This document shows positions 53,868 through 64,000 of a stretch of DNA of 64,000 bases, piece after piece. The DNA comes from the human T2T-CHM13v2.0 reference genome, Homo sapiens. A program made the position numbers and the translations under genes. Within the stretch, counting starts at the first letter, position 1. The number at the start of each line of letters is the position of its first letter. Under the pieces are notes generated by a model that was not told where the DNA came from, did no database searches, and was given only the letters and a program-made list of their open reading frames with translations. The DNA lies in NCBI RefSeq assembly GCF_009914755.1, contig NC_060948.1, one strand, 5' to 3'.

Positions 53868-55972
53868 AGATCCATATTTTTTAAATGAAAAAAAATTTCA
53901 AAGGTACTCTGCTTGGTACAATAATCAAATGTATAAACTGAGGAATAAAACATAACCATGAAACCTACTTATAACTGCATATGGAAAATACAGAGGATAA
54001 TTTTTTAAATAACATATTTTGAAAGCCTTAACTAGTAATTTGAAGAGTTGGCATTTGAAAGGCCAGTATGAATATACCTTCAAAGCAGCAACACAGGTTC
54101 CCCATGAGAAAAAGCAAACACAGGGAAAATAAAAACACAAAGGTTCAATCTCTTCTGACCTTTGAAAGACACAGCACAGACAGTGGTCCTTAAGACGAAG
54201 AGCAGGAGACCCCTAATTCCGTCACCATGGCGATAGGGCATAAACATTGCTGGGTGAGGGCACAATCCACATTGTGAGGTCCAACTGCTGCCAGGAAGAC
54301 AGGAGTGCTTTTACATAGACCGAAAGGTCATTGAAGGCTCAGAGTTTTGTTTCAAGAACTGAATCCCAAGCCCACACGTTATTACGCTGCGCTTCTTAAA
54401 ACAATTTATGAGATGGGAAAAAGGGCACCCACAAACATACGTATACATTATGTATATAATAATATACAGTATCATATATATAATATATATGACCTATGTA
54501 TAATATTGTTTTACATCCTGCATCTTATGTTATATATATTGTATAAAATATAATAATTGATAATATATAAGTTTTATAATTATACAATATGACATATAGT
54601 ATATATTATAATTTATGACATATATAATATATGTTATATATCATATATAGAATATATTATACGGTTAATATACGTATTAAATATAAATTATACATTATAT
54701 ATATTATATATAATATATCTATTATATATAATACCCATTATGCATAATATATATATTATGTCTATGTTATATATAGTATAAAACAACATATAATAATATA
54801 TTATTGTATATATAAAATGCGACATATAATATATATTATATTTTATAACATATGTAATATATATTATATATTATATATAATACGTTGTATGTATAATACC
54901 TATATTAAATATATATTATATGACTATGTTATTAATTACATGTCACATGTGTTATATATTATATATTTTACATAGAATATACCGGTTACATACAATATAT
55001 ACTATGTTACCTATAATGTATAATTTATTACATGTAAAATAAAGAATGCAATATATTATGTATAATTTATAATATACAATATGTGGAATGTGATATATGT
55101 AACATATAATATATGATATATGATATACAGTTTTTGATATATAACATACAATATATGATTCCTAATATATATGGTATACAATATATATTTTATGATATGT
55201 ATTCTATATGTTTTATATTCTGTTATATATAACTATTTGAAATTATATATAACTGTATAATATTTTATGTAAATATGTAATATAATATATATAACTATAT
55301 AATATATTATATATAACTATATATTATGTTATATATACTTTTATAACATAATTTACATAAAATATCATAATATAATGTATAATATATTATTTCATATTAC
55401 ATAATATATATTACATATCACCCAATATAACTAACATACATAATATTATAATATAGATTATATTATGTTATATTATATATCATATATATCATGTATCATA
55501 TATTCTATAATATATATTACACATTATATAATATGTATGTTGTCTATTATGTGATATATATAACTCTATATATAATTATATTTTTATACATATAACTAGA
55601 TAAACATGTAATTCTACATATTTTCATTTATAATATGTACAATTATATAATCATATATAATTATTTATATTCTATAAAAAATTTTATCATTATATAAATT
55701 ATAATATATAAAAATTATAATATGTACTACAAATATATATATTATATATCATATATGATATAGTACCTTTGTTATATATCATAATACATATAAATGTGTA
55801 TTATGTTATCTATAATTATATAATTTCATATATAAGATGTATAATATGTATCATATATTATATATGTTATGTAATATATACAGTATATATAAGATGACAC
55901 AGGATAAATATTATATACTATGACATATAAAATATATGAGGTTATATGTTACATATAAGGCATAGCACATAA

Positions 55973-56287
<315 letters not shown>

Positions 56288-58398
56288 AGATCCATATTTT
56301 TTAAATGAAAAAAAATTTCAAAGGTACTCTGCTTGGTACAATAATCAAATGTATAAACTGAGGAATAAAACATAACCATGAAACCTACTTATAACTGCAT
56401 ATGGAAAATACAGAGGATAATTTTTTAAATAACATATTTTGAAAGCCTTAAGTAGTAATTTGAAGAGTTGGCATTTGAAAGGCCAGTATGAATATACCTT
56501 CAAAGCAGCAACACAGGTTCCCCATGAGAAAAAGCAAACACAGGGAAAATAAAAACACAAAGGTTCAATCTCTTCTGACCTTTGAAAGACACAGCACAGA
56601 CAGTGGTCCTTAGGACGAAGAGCAGGAGACCCCTAATTCCGTCACCATGGCGATAGGGCATAAACATTGCTGGGTGAGGGCACAATCCACATTGTGAGGT
56701 CCAACTGCTGCCAGGAAGACAGGAGTGCTTTTACATAGACCGAAAGGTCATTGAAGGCTCAGAGTTTTGTTTCAAGAACTGAATCCCAAGCCCACACGTT
56801 ATTACGCTGCGCTTCTTAAAACAAGTTATGAGATGGGAAAAAGGGCACCCACAAACATACGTATACATTATGTATATAATAATATACAGTATCATATATA
56901 TAATATATATAACCTATGTATAATATTGTTTTACATCCTGCATCTTATATTATATATATTGTATAAAATATAATAATTGATAATATATAAATTTTATAAT
57001 TATACAATATGACATATAGTATATATTATAATTTATGACATATATAATATATGTTATATATCATATATAGAATATATTATACGGTTAATATACGTATTAA
57101 ATATAAATTATACATTATATATATTATATATAATATATCTGTTATATATAATACCCATTATGCATAATATATATATTATGTCTATGTTATATATAGTATA
57201 AAACAACATATAATAATATATAATTGTATATATAAAATGCGACATATAATATATATTATATTTTATAACATATGTAATATATATTATATATTATATATAA
57301 TACGTTGTATGTATAATACCTATATTAAATATATATTATATGACTATGTTATTAATTACATGTCACATGTGTTATATATTATATATTTTACATAGAATAT
57401 ACCGGTTACATACAATATATACTATGTTACCTATAATGTATAATTGATTACATGTAAAATAAAGAATGCAATATATTATGTATAATTTATAATATACAAT
57501 ATGTGGAATGTGATATATATAACATATAATATATGATATATGATATACAGTATATGATATATAACATACAATATATGATTCCTAATATATATGGTATACA
57601 ATATATATTTTATGATATGTATTCTATATGTTTTATATTCTGTTATATATAACTATTTGAAATTATATATAACTGTATAATATTTTATGTAAATATGTAA
57701 TATAATATATATAACTATATAATATATTATATATAACTATATATTATGTTATATATACTTTTATAACATAATTTACATAAAATATCATAATATAATATAT
57801 ATTATATTATTTCATATTACATAATATATATTACATATCACCCAATATAACTAACATACATAATATTATAATATAGATTATATTGTGTTATATTAAATAT
57901 CATATATATCATGTATCATATATTCTATAATATATATTACACATTATATAATATGTATGTTGTCTATTATGTGATATATATAACTATATATAATTATATT
58001 TTTATACATATAACTAGATAAACATGTAATTCTACATATTTTCATTTATAATATGTAGAATTATATAATCATATATAATTATTTATATTCTATAAAAAAT
58101 TTTATCATTATATAAATTATAATATATAAAAATTATAATATGATAATATGTACTACAAATATATATATTATATATCATATATGATATAGTACCTTTGTTA
58201 TATATCATAATACATATAAATGTGTATTATGTTATCTATAATTATATAATTTCATATATAAGATGTATAATATGTATCATATATTATATATGTTATGTAA
58301 TATATATAGTATATATAAGATGACACAGGATAAATATTATATACTATGACATATAAAAAATATGACGTTATATGTTACATATAAGGCATAGCACATAA

Positions 58399-58713
<315 letters not shown>

Positions 58714-60816
58714 AGATCCATATTTTTTAAATGAAAAAAAATTTCAAAGGTACTCTGCTTGGTACAATAATCAAATGTATAAACTGAGGAATAAAACATA
58801 ACCATGAAACCTACTTATAACTGCATATGGAAAATACAGAGGATAATTTTTTAAATAACATATTTTGAAAGCCTTAACTAGTAATTTGAAGAGTTGGCAT
58901 TTGAAAGGCCAGTATGAATATACCTTCAAAGCAGCAACACAGGTTCCCCATGAGAAAAAGCAAACACAGGGAAAATAAAAACACAAAGGTTCAATCTCTT
59001 CTGACCTTTGAAAGACACAGCACAGACAGTGGTCCTTAGGACGAAGAGCAGGAGACCCCTAATTCCGTCACCATGGCGATAGGGCATAAACATTGCTCGG
59101 TGAGGGCACAATCCACATTGTGAGGTCCAACTGCTGCCAGGAAGACAGGAGTGCTTTTACATAGACCGAAAGGTCATTGAAGGCTCAGAGTTTTGTTTCA
59201 AGAACTGAATCCCAAGCCCACACGTTATTAGGCTGCGCTTCTTAAAACAAGTTATGAGATGGGAAAAAGGGCACCCACAAACATACGTATACATTATGTA
59301 TATAATAATATACAGTATCATATATATAATATATATAACCTATATATAATATTGTTTTACATCCTGCATCTTATGTTATATATATTGTATAAAATATAAT
59401 AATTGATAATATATAAGTTTTATAATTATACAATATGACATATAGTATATATTATAATTTATGACATATATAATATATGTTATATGTCATATATAGAATA
59501 TATTATAGGGTTAATATACGTATTAAATATAAATTATACATTATATATATTATATATAATATATCTGTTATATATAATACCCATTATGCATAATATATAT
59601 ATTATGTCTATGTTATATATAGTATAAAACAACATATAATAATATATAATTGTATATATAAAATGCCACATATAATATATATTATATTTTATAACATATG
59701 TAATATATATTATATATTATATATAATACGTTGTATGTATAATACCTATATTAAATATATATTATATGACTATGTTATTAATTACATGTCACATGTGTTA
59801 TATATTATATATTTTACATAGAATATACCGGTTACATACAATATATACTATGTTACCTATAATGTATAATTTATTACATGTAAAATAAAGAATGCAATAT
59901 ATTATGTATAATTTATAATATACAATATGTGGAATGTGATATATATAACATATAATATATGATATATGATATACAGTATATGATATATAACATACAATAT
60001 ATGATTCCTAATATATATGGTATACAATATATATTTTATGATATGTATTCTATATGTTTTATATTCTGTTATATATAACTATTTGAAATTATATATAACT
60101 GTATAATATTTTATGTAAATATGTAATATAATATATATAACTATATAATATATTATATATAACTATATATTATGTTATATATACTTTTATAACATAATTT
60201 ACATAAAATATCATAATATAATATATATTATATTATTTCATATTACATAATATATATTACATATCACCCAATATAACTAACATACATAATATTATAATAT
60301 AGATTATATTGTGTTATATTAAATATCATATATATCATGTATCATATATTCTATAATATATATTACACATTATATAATATGTATGTTGTCTATTATGTGA
60401 TATATATAACTATATATAATTATATTTTTATACATATAACTAGATAAACATGTAATTCTACATATTTTCATTTATAATATGTAGAATTATATAATCATAT
60501 ATAATTATTTATATTCTATAAAAAATTTTATCATTATATAAATTATAATATATAAAAATTATAATATGTACTGCAAATATATATATTATATATCATATAT
60601 GATATAGTACCTTTGTTATATATCATAATACATATAAATGTGTATTATGTTATCTATAATTATATAATTTCATATATAAGATGTATAATATGTATCATAT
60701 ATTATATATGTTATGTAATATATATAGTATATATAAGATGACACAGGATAAATATTATATACTATGACATATAAAAAATATGAGGTTATATGTTACATAT
60801 AAGGCATAGCACATAA

Positions 60817-61131
<315 letters not shown>

Positions 61132-63259
61132 AGATCCATATTTTTTAAATGAAAAAAAATTTCAAAGGTACTCTGCTTGGTACAATAATCAAATGTATAA
61201 ACTGAGGAATAAAACATAACCATGAAACCTACTTATAACTGCATATGGAAAATACAGAGGATAATTTTTTAAATAACATATTTTGAAAGCCTTAACTAGT
61301 AATTTGAAGAGTTGGCATTTGAAAGGCCAGTATGAATATACCTTCAAAGCAGCAACACAGGTTCCCCATGAGAAAAAGCAAACACAGGGAAAATAAAAAC
61401 ACAAAGGTTCAATCTCTTCTGACCTTTGAAAGACACAGCACAGACAGTGGTCCTTAGGACGAAGAGCAGGAGACCCCTAATTCCGTCACCATGGCGATAG
61501 GGCATAAACATTGCTGGGTGAGGGCACAATCCACATTGTGAGGTCCAACTGCTGCCAGGAAGACAGGAGTGCTTTTACATAGACCGAAAGGTCATTGAAG
61601 GCTCAGAGTTTTGTTTCAAGAACTGAATCCCAAGCCCACACGTTATTAGGCTGCGCTTCTTAAAACAAGTTATGAGATGGGAAAAAGGGCACCCACAAAC
61701 ATACGTATACATTATGTATATAATAATATACAGTATCATATATATAATATATATAACCTATGTATAATATTGTTTTACATCCTGCATCTTATGTTATATA
61801 TATTGTATAAAATATAATAATTGATAATATATAAGTTTTATAATTCTACAATATGACATATAGTATATATTATAATTTATGACATATATAATATATGTTA
61901 TATGTCATATATAGAATATATTATAGGGTTAATATACGTATTAAATATAAATTATACATTATATATATTATATATAATATATCTGTTATATATAATACCC
62001 ATTATGCATAATATATATATTATGTCTATGTTATATATAGTATAAAACAACATATAATAATATATAATTGTATATATAAAATGCCACATATAATATATAT
62101 TATATTTTATAACATATGTAATATATATTATATATTATATATAATACGTTGTATGTATAATACCTATATTAAATATATATTATATGACTATGTTATTAAT
62201 TACATGTCACATGTGTTATATATTATATATTTTACATAGAATATACCGGTTACATACAATATATACTATGTTACCTATAATGTATAATTTATTACATGTA
62301 AAATAAAGAATGCAATATATTATGTATAATTTATAATATACAATATGTGGAATGTGATATATATAACATATAATATATGATATATGATATACAGTATATG
62401 ATATATAACATACAATATATGATTCCTAATATATATGGTATACAATATATATTTTATGATATGTATTCTATATGTTTTATATTCTGTTATATATAACTAT
62501 TTGAAATTATATATAACTGTATAATATTTTATGTAAATATGTAATATAATATATATAACTATATAATATATTATATATAACTATATATTATGTTATATAT
62601 ACTTTTATAACATAATTTACATAAAATGTCATAATATAATATATATTATATTATTTCACATTACATAATATATATTACATATCACCCAATATAAGTAACA
62701 TACATAATATTATAATATATATTATATTATGTTATATTAAATATCATATATATCATGTATCATATATTCTATAATATATATTACACATTATATAATATGT
62801 ATGTTGTCTATTTTCTGATATATAAAACTATATATATAATTATATTATTATACATATAACTAGATAAACATATAATTCTACATATTTTCATTTGTAATAT
62901 ATAGAATTATATAATCATATATAATTATTTATATTCTATAAAAAATTATATCATTATATAAATTATAATATAAAAAAATTATAATATGTACTACAAATAT
63001 ACATATTATATATCATATATGATATAGTACCTTTGTTATATATCATAATACATATAAATGTGTATTATGTTATCTATAATTATATAATTTCATATATAAG
63101 ATGTATAATATGTATTATATATTGTCTATGTTATGTAATATATATAGTATATGTAAGCTGACACAGGATAAATATTATATACTATGACATATAAAATATA
63201 TGAGGTTATATGTTACATATAAGGCATAGCACATAACATGTAATATATATCATATATAA

Positions 63260-63551
<292 letters not shown>

Positions 63552-64000
63552 AGATCCATATTTTTTAAATGAAAAAAAATTTCAAAGGTACTCTGCTTGG
63601 TACAATAATCAAATGTATAAACTGAGGAATAAAACATAACCATGAAACCTACTTATAACTGCATATGGAAAATACAGAGGATAATTTTTTAAATAACATA
63701 TTTTGAAAGCCTTAACTAGTAATTTGAAGAGTTGGCATTTGAAAGGCCAGTATGAATATACCTTCAAAGCAGCAACACAGGTTCCCCATGAGAAAAAGCA
63801 AACACAGGGAAAATAAAAACACAAAGGTTCAATCTCTTCTGACCTTTGAAAGACACAGCACAGACAGTGGTCCTTAAGACGAAGAGCAGGAGACCCCTAA
63901 TTCCGTCACCATGGCGATAGGGCATAAACATTGCTGGGTGAGGGCACAATCCACATTGTGAGGTCCAACTGCTGCCAGGAAGACAGGAGTGCTTTTACAT

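Overview
The whole 64 kb window is one uninterrupted head-to-tail tandem array of a ~2.42 kb unit, about 26.5 periods with 27 Alu copies. Measured unit lengths are 2412-2426 bp (mode 2420). Each unit has three parts: a ~292 bp 5'-truncated, CpG-depleted Alu on the minus strand, a ~570 bp moderate-GC segment (HSATI-type), and a ~1.55 kb degenerate (TA)-rich block. This architecture, the period, and a predicted ~2.14 kb HaeIII fragment identify it as the human DYZ2/HSat1B satellite, most likely from Yq12 heterochromatin. There are no credible protein-coding genes, tRNA, rRNA or CRISPR features; all supplied ORFs are repeat artefacts. I found no demonstrable new biological system. The second-look signals are (i) two interleaved unit haplotypes, with recombinant units and shared variants at 1-5 unit offsets, and (ii) per-unit motif content: retained Pol III A/B boxes, clustered TCF/LEF sites and a SOXE-type inverted dimer site, all of unproven function. 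'Unit n' means Alu copy n plus the HSATI-type and AT-rich segments that follow it on the + strand.
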